Assembly: GCA_024231215.1 (NCBI GenBank)
Contig: JAAEQR010000072.1
Location: 641,210 to 705,209, forward strand
Direction of reading: 5' to 3'
DNA length: 64,000 nucleotides
Source: PVC group bacterium
Lineage (GTDB): Bacteria; Omnitrophota; Gorgyraeia; B26-G9
Shown: piece by piece, positions 18,496 through 28,366 of the stretch
Position numbering within the stretch: the stretch's first letter is position 1
Layout: each line of letters begins with the position of its first letter
Notes under the pieces: generated by a model
What the model saw: only the letters and a program-made list of their open reading frames with translations
Told to the model about the DNA's origin: nothing
Database searches by the model: none
Translations under genes and position numbers: made by a program

Positions 18496-19381
18496 TTTAG
18501 ATGGTCTCTGGACATATCGGCGTTATTTTGGGCAGAGCCAACCGGGATCAGCAGAGGTAGTAGACCCTGTTTATGCCGAAGGGCTAATGCGTTTTCTGGA
18601 ATTATTTAAAAAGTATAATGTGAAAGCTACTTTTTTTATTGTGGGTAAAGATGCTCAACAGCCGGAACAACGAAAACTTATTGCGAGGCTTGTTGAAGCA
18701 GGGCACGAGATTGCTAATCATACAATGTCTCATCCTCAGCACTTTAATCTTCTTTCTGCAGAACAAGTAGAAGATGAAATTTCAGATTGTGATAAAATCC
18801 TACAGGAGATAGGGACAAAAGCTATCGCTGGTTTCCGGGCTCCGGGGTTTAGTATTCAGGCTGATACGTTATCAATATTGAGGGAAAAAGGGTATATGTA
18901 TGATACCTCGGTTATTCCCTCATCTTTGATTCCGTTTATTATGAATATTTCTCATTCTATTTTGCGTCGTAAGCCGGTGTGTATGGGGGCAGGCAGGATA
19001 GGGTTTGGTTTTGCGCCATTGGATGTATATAATCCGGACCAAAAGAGGATTTGGAAAAAAGGGGACAGTTTGTTGTTTGAGGTGCCGGTTTCTGTAATCC
19101 CTGGATTACGGTTGCCTTTACATAGTTCATATGTATTTATGTTTGGAAAAGGGTATTTTAGATACGGATTAAAGCGTTTACAGAAAAATAATGTTTCACC
19201 CTGCTATTTGTTTCATGGGATAGATTTGGTGGATTTGGAAAAACAGAAAGTAAGCATTCCGTTTTTTAAAACTTTAGAAAAAAGATTGAATGTCTGTGAG
19301 TATATTATAAAATCTTTTAGCAAGAAGTATGAATTGTTAACAACCAGACAGCTGGTCCAGACGAATGGGATGGGATTATGA
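18470..19381 (+). CDS. polysaccharide deacetylase (NodB/ArnD-like)
   Basis: 'EIANHTMSHP' NodB motif and 'RAPGFS'. It overlaps the upstream gene. Confidence 0.7.
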   Translation: MMYGTIQVDLDGLWTYRRYFGQSQPGSAEVVDPVYAEGLMRFLELFKKYNVKATFFIVGKDAQQPEQRKLIARLVEAGHEIANHTMSHPQHFNLLSAEQVEDEISDCDKILQEIGTKAIAGFRAPGFSIQADTLSILREKGYMYDTSVIPSSLIPFIMNISHSILRRKPVCMGAGRIGFGFAPLDVYNPDQKRIWKKGDSLLFEVPVSVIPGLRLPLHSSYVFMFGKGYFRYGLKRLQKNNVSPCYLFHGIDLVDLEKQKVSIPFFKTLEKRLNVCEYIIKSFSKKYELLTTRQLVQTNGMGL

Positions 19382-20121
19382 TTTATATTCTTTTACCCGC
19401 ATATAATGAAGCGAAAAACATAGAAGCTGTAGTTTCTGGAATCAGTGGGGTTTTACTGGATAAAGAATACTGTATTGTTATTGTAAACGATGGTAGTACG
19501 GATAATACTCAGGATGTGATCTCAGGATTATGTAGAGGGGTGCCTGAGTTGAAAAGCATTAATTTTCCAGAAAATCGTGGTGTGGGAGAGGTTTTTAAGC
19601 AGGGGATAAAGTATGTTTCTGAGTTGGCTCTGAAAAATCAGGACATACTTATTTCTTTAGATTGTGACCGTTCTCATCCAGCCAATGCAATTAATGGAGT
19701 TATCGAAGCGTTGGAGGCAGGGAATGATATTGTTGTTGCTTCGCGATATCATCCACAAAGTAAAACGCAAGGGTTACCGTTTGTTCGGGAATTAATGAGT
19801 AATACTATAAATTTTTGGCTGAAAGTCTTTTTCCCTTTAAAAGGGGTAAAAGATTATACTACTTTTTTCCGCGGATACAGAGTCGGTTTATTACTAAAAG
19901 CGCAGGAGCATTACAGAGAATCTTTCATTGCGGAAAAGGGATTTTCCTGTATGGCTGAGATATTGATAAAACTACGCAGGTTTAGACCTAAAGCAACAGA
20001 GGTTCCTCTTGTGTTACGGTTTGATTTGCGTACCGGTAGAAGCAAGATGAAAGTACTGGAAACGATCGCAGGTTATCTACGTTTAATACTAGATTATTTT
20101 CTTTTTTCAAGAAAAAGGTAA
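19378..20121 (+). CDS. GT2 glycosyltransferase (polyprenyl-phosphate sugar synthase, DPM/ArnC-like)
   Basis: 'LLPAYNEAKNIEAVV', 'VNDGSTDNT', 'DCDRSH' and C-terminal hydrophobic helices. Confidence 0.75.
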   Translation: MIYILLPAYNEAKNIEAVVSGISGVLLDKEYCIVIVNDGSTDNTQDVISGLCRGVPELKSINFPENRGVGEVFKQGIKYVSELALKNQDILISLDCDRSHPANAINGVIEALEAGNDIVVASRYHPQSKTQGLPFVRELMSNTINFWLKVFFPLKGVKDYTTFFRGYRVGLLLKAQEHYRESFIAEKGFSCMAEILIKLRRFRPKATEVPLVLRFDLRTGRSKMKVLETIAGYLRLILDYFLFSRKR

Positions 20122-21512
20122 GAGAACAAGTATCCGCCTAATTTTGCCAGATGTATTATTTCCCGGGGATCTTTAAGTTTTTTTAACAGGGATAGCAGGA
20201 ATCCGGGGCTGAAAACATATCTTAGATAAATCTGCTTTTGAAGTTTTGTTAATTTTTCTGCAGATACATGTTTTGTTCCCCAGTGGGGCGTAGAGTGCAT
20301 GAAATTAAACTTTGACCAGTCAATATCCTTTATCATACCCTCTTTTTTCATAATCGAGTAGATCTCTGTTCCTGGATAAGGGCAGATAATGCCTAATTGA
20401 AAGATATCTGGCTTTATCTGACGAATTAGCTGTTCTGTTTGCTTAATATCTTCGATATCCTCATCCGGATGAGTTCCTAAAATAAAAAACCCGCAAGCAA
20501 CAAGGCCGGCTTTATGGGTGAGCTTAAAAGCTTTTTTAACCTGATCTATCGTAATATTCTTTTTCATGAGTTTAAGCATTTTAGGACTGCCGGATTCTAC
20601 CCCATAAGCGATTTTTAAACAGCCGCAATCAGCCATTTTCTTGATGAATTCTTTGTCGACAAAACTTACCTTTGTCTGACAATCCCAGGTTAATCCCAGT
20701 GATTTAAGACCATCACAGATTTTAAAAAAGCGATTTCTGTCCAAGGTGAAATTTGTATCTTCAAAAGTTATATGATTATACCCGTATTTATCTTTACATT
20801 CGGTAAGTTCCTGAATGACATTTTCCGCACTTCTAAAGCGTACTTTTGGGCCGGATGTTTTTTTTACGGCACAGAAGGTGCAGTCTTGTGAACAACCCCG
20901 GGAAGTAAATACTACGGTAGATCTTTTACCGGACATGTTGATACCGGCGGCGTAAATATGTTTATATTGTTCCGGGCAAAGTAGAGAGCGGTCTGGGAAT
21001 GGTAGAGAATCCAGATTTTCAATTGGTGCTGTCGGAGTATTGACCAGAATATTATTGTTTTTTCGATAAGCAATTCCCGGGATGGCAGCAGGAGTCTTTT
21101 TTTCTTTTATTGCTTGGCAAAGCTTGGAAAACGCAATTTCACCTTCGGTAATTACAATATAATCGAATGCCGGGAAATTGCGCAGTGATTCTTCCGGGAG
21201 AGCTGATACATGCGGGCCTCCGGCAACTGTCTTGATCTTTGGATCGAGTTTTTTTAATAATTGTGCAACGTTGTGTGCATTCTTGATTGTCGGGGTCATG
21301 GAAGTGATCCCGGCGATTGATATATTTTCAGTCTCTATCCTTTTTTTGATTATATCTGGGTTGTAATCTTCTACTTCAAAGTCCCAGATAGATACTCCAA
21401 ACCCTTTATTTTTAAGAAAGGTTGCCAGGTAGAGGATATTGATTGGTTCCTGGATAAGGATTTTTTCAAAAACACCAGATATCTTGGGGGGTCTTATTAA
21501 TGCGATATTCAT
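20094..21512 (-). CDS. class B (B12-binding) radical SAM protein 2
   Basis: 'TSRGCSQDCTFCAV' cluster motif and a B12-binding N-domain. Convergent with the GT2 gene, overlapping it by 28 nt. Confidence 0.75.
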   Translation of the reverse strand: MNIALIRPPKISGVFEKILIQEPINILYLATFLKNKGFGVSIWDFEVEDYNPDIIKKRIETENISIAGITSMTPTIKNAHNVAQLLKKLDPKIKTVAGGPHVSALPEESLRNFPAFDYIVITEGEIAFSKLCQAIKEKKTPAAIPGIAYRKNNNILVNTPTAPIENLDSLPFPDRSLLCPEQYKHIYAAGINMSGKRSTVVFTSRGCSQDCTFCAVKKTSGPKVRFRSAENVIQELTECKDKYGYNHITFEDTNFTLDRNRFFKICDGLKSLGLTWDCQTKVSFVDKEFIKKMADCGCLKIAYGVESGSPKMLKLMKKNITIDQVKKAFKLTHKAGLVACGFFILGTHPDEDIEDIKQTEQLIRQIKPDIFQLGIICPYPGTEIYSIMKKEGMIKDIDWSKFNFMHSTPHWGTKHVSAEKLTKLQKQIYLRYVFSPGFLLSLLKKLKDPREIIHLAKLGGYLFSYLFLEKRK

Positions 21513-21632
21513 ATCAATATTTTGTTCCTTTTTGAAAGATATTCGATAGTATGATAGAATCTATAGTATCTTGATTTCTCTTACAAGTCAATATCCGGGC
21601 GAGTGCTACCTATTACCAAAAGAGATGTTTTA

Positions 21633-23129
21633 ATGACCCAAAAGATAAAAAAAATAATGCTGATTTTTCCTACGGGAAAAGTTTTAAAAGGGCATTTTCA
21701 TCATTGTGAAATTCCAATGGGATTAGCGTATTTAGCGGCGGTGTTGCGTGATGATTTTGAAGTTAAGGTATTGGATGGTAGGGCAAAGTTTAAAAGAATA
21801 GTTGTTCCAGGAAGCAAATGGGAGTATTTTGGCTATACGCCCCAACAGATACTGGAACAAATAAAAGAATACTCACCGGAAGTAGTTGGTATTAGCTGTC
21901 TTTCTTCTTTTCACTTTCCTGATGTAATAGACCTGTTCAAGAAAATAAAAAAAGCGGATAAAAACATTATTACCGTAACCGGCGGGACGCATCCTACATT
22001 TCTTGCAGATCAGGTTATGAGCCGGCATCCGGAAGTTGATTTTATTGTGCTGGGAGAGGGAGAGGAAACTTTCCGTAATTTGCTTTTAGCGATTGATTCA
22101 GGCTCTCGATATCAGGGGTTGGATGGTTTGGCTTTTCGGAATGACAATGACGGAGAGGTTAGAGTTAACCCCAAAACGCAGTATATTAAAGAGCTGGATA
22201 GTTTGCCTTTCCCTGCACTTGATTTGTTTCCATTGGATTTTTATGAAAAGAAAAGTATTCCATTTAGTGTTACCTGTCGGAGTAAAAAGACAGCGCCGAT
22301 TTTAACTAGTCGCGGTTGTTCATCTAGCTGTGTATTTTGTGCTTCCAAAAACTATTGGGGAAGACATTATCGCATGCGATCAGCTAAGAATGTTCTGGAT
22401 GAAATTGAATATCTGATTAATAAGTACGGGGTTAAAGAAATCCAGTTTATCGATGATAATTTAACGTTGGATAAAAAACGGGCGATAGATATCTTTAACG
22501 GTATTATTGAAAGGAAACTGGATATTTACTGGAATACTCCCAATGGGGTTGCGGTGTGGACACTTGATGAACCACTTTTGGAATTAATGAAAAAGAGCGG
22601 GTGCTATGAATTAACTGTGGCATTTGAAAGTGGAGATCAGGATGTGCTGAATAAAATAATAAAGAAGCCGCTTAATCTTCAATATGCGGCGCGTATGGTT
22701 AATAAGATGAAAGAGCTGGGTATTCAAGTTCATTCTTTCTTTATCTCAGGGTTTCCCGGAGAAACAAAGGAGCAAATATTGCGAAGTTTTGCTTTTGCTA
22801 ATAAGATGGATTTAGATAGCGCCTGGTTTTTTATTGCTAATCCTACTCCTGGATCTGAATTGTATGATATTTGTGTGGAAAAAGGGTATATAAGTAAGGA
22901 TTTTTCTTTTGAAGATATAGAATATAATCTGCCGCATATTGAAACTGAAGATTTCACGAAGCAGGAGGTGGAAAAACTGGTCTTAACACAATTTAATAAA
23001 TATAATATAAGCCTCATTTTTCGGCATCCTATGCGGTTTTTTAAAAAGTATATGATTTTAATGATTACGCATCCGATTATGACATTTAGAAGTATCTTTG
23101 CTGATTTGGTAAAAATTATAGGAAAATGA
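21633..23129 (+). CDS. class B (B12-binding) radical SAM protein 3
   Basis: 'TSRGCSSSCVFCAS'. Paralogue of the next gene: same length, with shared 'SRGC...FC', 'YR.R' and 'WNTPNG' blocks. Confidence 0.75.
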   Translation: MTQKIKKIMLIFPTGKVLKGHFHHCEIPMGLAYLAAVLRDDFEVKVLDGRAKFKRIVVPGSKWEYFGYTPQQILEQIKEYSPEVVGISCLSSFHFPDVIDLFKKIKKADKNIITVTGGTHPTFLADQVMSRHPEVDFIVLGEGEETFRNLLLAIDSGSRYQGLDGLAFRNDNDGEVRVNPKTQYIKELDSLPFPALDLFPLDFYEKKSIPFSVTCRSKKTAPILTSRGCSSSCVFCASKNYWGRHYRMRSAKNVLDEIEYLINKYGVKEIQFIDDNLTLDKKRAIDIFNGIIERKLDIYWNTPNGVAVWTLDEPLLELMKKSGCYELTVAFESGDQDVLNKIIKKPLNLQYAARMVNKMKELGIQVHSFFISGFPGETKEQILRSFAFANKMDLDSAWFFIANPTPGSELYDICVEKGYISKDFSFEDIEYNLPHIETEDFTKQEVEKLVLTQFNKYNISLIFRHPMRFFKKYMILMITHPIMTFRSIFADLVKIIGK

Positions 23130-24649
23130 TAGAGTCTAAGCAGAAGATAAATAAAATATTACTTATCTTTCCAGCAGTTATTTTTTCTGGAGAGAGTCCA
23201 AAACAGATAATGCCGCCGTTAGGGATAAGTTATCTGGCGGCCTACTTAAGGCCTGATTATGAGGTAAAGCTGCTTGATGCGGCAGTAGAAGGGTATAATC
23301 AGGAAAGCAGGATTTCTACGCGTTTCTTCCAATATGGTCTGGATAACGATCATATTCGTAAAAGAATAATTGATTTTGCTCCGGATGTAGTTGGGGTTTC
23401 ATGTTTGTTTTCCAGCCAGTTTCTGTCTGCTGCTTCAGTTTGTGCGATAGCTAAGAATGTTTCGCCGGAAATAGTAACTGTTATGGGAGGGACTCACCCG
23501 ACTTTTTTAAGTGAACAGTGTTTAGCTGATAGGAATATCGATTTTATCGTGAGGGGGGAAGGCGAACGGACATTTAAAGAGTTACTGGATTGTTTGCGTT
23601 GTGGACAGTCATTTAAAGATGTAGGAGGTATTGCTTTTAGGCAGGATAATCTGGTGCGGATAAATCCAGCTCCAATGATTGCAGAAGATATTGACCGGAT
23701 TCCGGTTCCGGCAAGAGATTTATTACCGCTAGAGAAGTATTTTCAGATTAATATGCCGATGGGATTGATAAGTAGACAGACTCCGGCAATGAACATGATT
23801 ACTTCCCGGGGATGTTCTTTTGATTGTTCTTTTTGTTCTTCCTGTCATTTTTGGGGAAGGCGTTATCGCCCGAGGTTGGTAGAAAATGTATTGGATGAAA
23901 TGGAACAATTGAAAGATATGGGTATTAAAGAGCTGAAATTTTTTGATGATAATCTTACGCTTGACCGGGAACGTGCGAAAAAATTATTTCGAGGAATGAT
24001 TGCTCGTAAATTTAATTTTTCCTGGAATACTCCGAATGGAATTGCGGCGCAGACATTGGATGAAGAAATGGTTCTCCTAATGAAAGAAAGCGGGTGTTAT
24101 GAGATCACCCTGGCCGTGGAAAGCGGGGATGAGCAGATTCTGCGTGATGTCTTGAAAAAACCGATTAATTTAAAGCATACACTTCATATCGCCGAAATAA
24201 TTAAAAATTGCGGTATTGATACCTATGGATTTTTTATTATTGGATTTCCCCAGGAGACAAAAAAACAAATATATAATACACTGCATTTCATGGATAAGAT
24301 CAGGCTGGATAGAATATCATTGTTTATTGCCAATCCTTTGCCGGGTACGGAGATATATCGTATTTGCCGGGAAAAAGGATATTTGTCGGGAGATTTTGAG
24401 CAAAAGCCGTTAGACTATTTTCAATCGGTATTTCAGACTCCTGAGTTTGACTCAAAATTTTTAGAAAGCACGCGACGTCGATGGTACTGGAGGTACAACA
24501 GTAAACTCTTATTAAGAAACCCTTTTAAATTTTTCCGGAAGTATAGTATATTTATATTTAAACGACCGTTATTCTTATTGCGGATAATTATTAATAAATT
24601 AATCGTTCCGAGTTTAAATTATGCAAGAAACCAAACAGAAAAAAAATAA
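23126..24649 (+). CDS. class B (B12-binding) radical SAM protein 4 (tandem paralogue)
   Basis: 'TSRGCSFDCSFCSS'. ATGA overlap with the upstream paralogue. Confidence 0.75.
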   Translation: MIESKQKINKILLIFPAVIFSGESPKQIMPPLGISYLAAYLRPDYEVKLLDAAVEGYNQESRISTRFFQYGLDNDHIRKRIIDFAPDVVGVSCLFSSQFLSAASVCAIAKNVSPEIVTVMGGTHPTFLSEQCLADRNIDFIVRGEGERTFKELLDCLRCGQSFKDVGGIAFRQDNLVRINPAPMIAEDIDRIPVPARDLLPLEKYFQINMPMGLISRQTPAMNMITSRGCSFDCSFCSSCHFWGRRYRPRLVENVLDEMEQLKDMGIKELKFFDDNLTLDRERAKKLFRGMIARKFNFSWNTPNGIAAQTLDEEMVLLMKESGCYEITLAVESGDEQILRDVLKKPINLKHTLHIAEIIKNCGIDTYGFFIIGFPQETKKQIYNTLHFMDKIRLDRISLFIANPLPGTEIYRICREKGYLSGDFEQKPLDYFQSVFQTPEFDSKFLESTRRRWYWRYNSKLLLRNPFKFFRKYSIFIFKRPLFLLRIIINKLIVPSLNYARNQTEKK

Positions 24650-26642
24650 ATTCAGAAGTATTGATGCTTTGATCATTGGAGGTGTTTTTTTTGTCGCCTT
24701 TTTTCTGAGGCTTGTCTATTTGTATCAGTATAAAAACAATCCTTTTTTTCTTAGCCCTGTTATTGATGCTTTATCTCACTACTTGTACGCTATGCGAATG
24801 TCCCAGGGGGACTGGTTGTTAAAGGGGGAGGTTGTTGGGCGTGCGCCCTTATATGTGTATTTTTTGGCGTTTCTTTTTAAAATGTTCGGCTCCGGATATT
24901 TTGCAGCGCGTATTGTGCAAATGCTGCTTGGTGCTTTAAATTGCGTTTTAGTCTATTTCTTGGGTAAAAAAGTGTTTAATAGATATGTGGGTGCGATCGC
25001 TGCGTTTATTTGTAGTGCCTACGGGGTATTGATTTATTTTGATGCTGAGTTTTTATACGTTGGGTTGGGAATATTTGTAAATCTGTTATTGTTATTATTT
25101 GTTTTGCATACAGTAGAAAGTCCCCGGTTTTGGAAATGGATTTGTTGTGGAATGCTTTTTGGTATGGGGTTGCAGACAAATGCGTTAATAATTTTATTTT
25201 TGCCGTTTTTACTTATCTGGATATATTTATATAGCAATAAAAAAGCAGTTACTGCGGTGCTTCTGGTTGTGCTTGGGGCTGTAGTTTTTGTTCTTCCTTT
25301 TGCCCTGCGCAATTATTTGGAGGGTGGTGACGTTATGCTTATTTCTTCGGCGGCAGGGATTAATCTTTATATTGGTAATAATCCAGGTGCTGATGGTAAA
25401 AGTGCTTTTGTACCATCCCGGGATTTTTCATATGCAGAAGGCTGGCAGGATAATGTTTTAACTTCTTCGATTAAGGCTGCTGAAAGAGAACTCGGACATG
25501 AATTGACCCCGTCAGAGGTTTCGCGATTCTGGACTTTAAAAGCAGCCAGCTTTATTTTAAAAGATCCCGGGAGTTTCTGTTTGCTTTTAATAAGAAAGTT
25601 TTTTTACTTTTTCAACGGTTATGAAATTGCCGAAAACCAAAGTATTTATTTCTTTCGGGTCTGGTCGTCTCTTTTGAAAATTACCGTATTTGAAAATTCC
25701 GTGATTGCTTTTCCTTTTGGGCTGATATGTCCGTTTGCTTTATTGGGGATATTTGTATCCTTTAGGAAGGGTAAAGGAGCTCATCTGCTTAGATTTTTTG
25801 TGCTGGCTAATTTTATATTATTGATGATTTTCTTTGTCTGCAGCCGGTATCGTACTAATGTAGTGCCGTATTTTATTATTTTTAGTGCGTACGGAGTATT
25901 CTGGATTTTTAATAATTTAAAGAAGAAAAATTTTAAGCCGGTAGTATGCTCTGTCTTTCCCTTGTTGCTGCTATCCTCGTTTAGTAATTCCACTTTATTA
26001 GGTGTCAGGGAAGAGGACGATTCCCGGTGGTTTTTTAATTTAGGTGCTGCATTTAGTTATAAGGGACAAAAAGAAAGAGCTTTAAAATCTTTTCAAAGCG
26101 CAAAAGATATAAATCCTAAAAATCCGGATGTTTTATATAACTTGGGAGTATTATATCTAAAAAAAGGGGATGAGCAGCAAGCAGCCGAAGAATTTGAGCA
26201 GGTAGTTGAGATCGATCCGGATGATTCTGCTGCACATACTAATTTAGGTATCGTTTATTTTAGACAAGGGAAGTTTGAAAAGGCAATCAAAAGTTATGAG
26301 GCTGCTTTAGGTATTGACGAAGAAGATATAGGTGTGATGGTGAACTTAGGTGCTGCGTATACCAAGACCGGAGATTTTTCAAATGCCTCGGTTGTGTTTA
26401 AGAAAGCAAAGTCTTTGGAGCCTGGTTTTGCGCCGTTGCATCAGCATCTCGCTATACTTTATGAAAAAACAAATGATTATAAAAATGCGGAGATGGAGTA
26501 TTTATTAGCCATACAGCAAAAGCCTGATTATTTTGAGGCTTATAATAACCTTGCTTTGTTATATGAAAAAATGGAGCAGCCTGAAGAAGCCAAAGTGTAT
26601 CGTCTTAAAGCCCTTGAAATCCTGCCGGATATGACGCATTGA
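24621..26642 (+). CDS. GT-C family (ArnT/PMT, GT39/83-like) membrane glycosyltransferase fused to C-terminal TPR repeats
   Basis: About 12 predicted TM helices N-terminally. The C-terminus has at least 6 TPR units ('AAFSYKGQKERALKSFQSA', 'NLGVLYLKKGDEQQAAEEF' and others). Confidence 0.65.
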   Translation: MQETKQKKNKFRSIDALIIGGVFFVAFFLRLVYLYQYKNNPFFLSPVIDALSHYLYAMRMSQGDWLLKGEVVGRAPLYVYFLAFLFKMFGSGYFAARIVQMLLGALNCVLVYFLGKKVFNRYVGAIAAFICSAYGVLIYFDAEFLYVGLGIFVNLLLLLFVLHTVESPRFWKWICCGMLFGMGLQTNALIILFLPFLLIWIYLYSNKKAVTAVLLVVLGAVVFVLPFALRNYLEGGDVMLISSAAGINLYIGNNPGADGKSAFVPSRDFSYAEGWQDNVLTSSIKAAERELGHELTPSEVSRFWTLKAASFILKDPGSFCLLLIRKFFYFFNGYEIAENQSIYFFRVWSSLLKITVFENSVIAFPFGLICPFALLGIFVSFRKGKGAHLLRFFVLANFILLMIFFVCSRYRTNVVPYFIIFSAYGVFWIFNNLKKKNFKPVVCSVFPLLLLSSFSNSTLLGVREEDDSRWFFNLGAAFSYKGQKERALKSFQSAKDINPKNPDVLYNLGVLYLKKGDEQQAAEEFEQVVEIDPDDSAAHTNLGIVYFRQGKFEKAIKSYEAALGIDEEDIGVMVNLGAAYTKTGDFSNASVVFKKAKSLEPGFAPLHQHLAILYEKTNDYKNAEMEYLLAIQQKPDYFEAYNNLALLYEKMEQPEEAKVYRLKALEILPDMTH

Positions 26643-26666
26643 GGGTATAATATTATTGAATGCCTC

Positions 26667-26695
26667 TTGACAGTAGGGGGAGTATGTGGTATAGT
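26667..26695 (+). promoter_or_regulatory. sigma-70 promoter of the pyr operon (TTGACA, 17-nt spacer, TATAGT)
   Basis: TTGACA at 26667-26672 and TATAGT at 26690-26695, with an extended TGTGG element. Confidence 0.55.
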
Positions 26696-26718
26696 TACTG
26701 AAAATAAACCTTTAAATC

Positions 26719-26810
26719 GGTTCTGCGAGGCCGAAAAGGAGAATTAAAACATGAATAATAAAACCTGTTTATCCGAATATAATAATATGCGGAAGGCAGG
26801 TTATTTTTTT
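26719..26810 (+). promoter_or_regulatory. PyrR-binding loop plus intrinsic terminator (pyr transcription attenuator)
   Basis: 'GGUUCUGCGAGGCC' at 26719-26732 resembles the PyrR RNA box (ARUCCnGnGAGGYU). It is followed by an imperfect hairpin ACCTG...CAGGT at 26763-26801 and TTATTTTTTT, directly upstream of pyrR. Confidence 0.5.
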
Positions 26811-26845
26811 GTCTGGCCAGGATGTTTCATATTCTGACTAACTAG

Positions 26846-27403
<558 letters not shown>

Positions 27404-27405
27404 AA

Positions 27406-28362
27406 ATGACTGAGAAAATGACTGATTGGAAGAGAAAAGATCTTTTAGGAATTGAGGAATTAAGCGCGGAGGAAATTGAATTGATTCTGCAAACAGCAGA
27501 TTCTTTTAAAGAGATTTCCAGCCGTCCAGTGAAAAAAGTTCCTACATTGAGAGGTAAGACAATTGTCCTTTTCTTTTTTGAACCATCTACGCGGACAAGG
27601 TCCAGTTTTGAATTAGCGGCAAAACGTTTAAGTGCTGACACTCTGAGTATTACTAAATCCTCCAGTTCTATCCAAAAAGGAGAGACTTTAAAAGATACTA
27701 TAAAAAATATTGAAGCTATGCAGGTGGATGTAATTATTCTGCGGCATTCTTCGAGCGGGGCGCATCATATATTAGCACCTCAAGTAACGCCTTCGATTAT
27801 TAATGCAGGGGATGGTTGTCATGAACATCCAACTCAAGCATTGCTGGATATGTTTACGATAAAAGAGAAAAAAGGTAAAATCAAGGGATTAAAAGTTACC
27901 ATACTTGGTGATATTGCACATTCCCGGGTGGCACGTAGTAATATTTGGGGCTTAAAAAAAATGGGGGCAGAGGTTACTATTTGCGGCCCAAAAACATTAT
28001 TGCCGAGGGATATTGATAAAATGGGTGTAAAAGTTACAACTTGCTTAGCCGAAGCATTAAAAGGTGCTGATGTAGTAAATATCCTGCGGATTCAGAAAGA
28101 ACGGCAGCAAGTCGGGTTGTTTCCTTCTTTGCGTGAATATGCAAGTGAGTTTGGAGTTTCAAGGGAAAAATTAGATAAATATGCAAAAAAAGATATATTG
28201 ATCATGCATCCGGGACCTATTAACCGGGGTATTGAAATAACGCCTGATGTAGCAGACGGTAAATATTCGGTGATTTTAGATCAGGTGACTAACGGTATTG
28301 CAATAAGAATGGCGGTGCTTTATTTGGTGTCTCAGGCCGGCATATCCGAACAACAGGAGTAG
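27406..28362 (+). CDS. pyrB: aspartate carbamoyltransferase catalytic subunit
   Basis: 'STRTR' and 'HPTQALLD' motifs. An AGGAAGG RBS sits 6 nt upstream of the ATG at 27406. Confidence 0.9.
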   Translation: MTEKMTDWKRKDLLGIEELSAEEIELILQTADSFKEISSRPVKKVPTLRGKTIVLFFFEPSTRTRSSFELAAKRLSADTLSITKSSSSIQKGETLKDTIKNIEAMQVDVIILRHSSSGAHHILAPQVTPSIINAGDGCHEHPTQALLDMFTIKEKKGKIKGLKVTILGDIAHSRVARSNIWGLKKMGAEVTICGPKTLLPRDIDKMGVKVTTCLAEALKGADVVNILRIQKERQQVGLFPSLREYASEFGVSREKLDKYAKKDILIMHPGPINRGIEITPDVADGKYSVILDQVTNGIAIRMAVLYLVSQAGISEQQE

Positions 28363-28366
28363 TAAG

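Noticed and set aside
866-26695. Similarity between the 866 promoter and the pyrR promoter (cTTGACAg ... aTGTGGTATAnT)
   Set aside because: Both are simply close to the sigma-70 consensus with an extended -10. There is no evidence of a shared regulator site beyond consensus elements.
26751-26837. A 28-codon ORF (MNNKTCLSEYNNMRKAGYFFVWPGCFIF) spanning the pyr attenuator as a leader peptide
   Set aside because: It has no RBS and no run of regulatory codons. The PyrR mechanism does not require leader translation, so this is probably coincidental.
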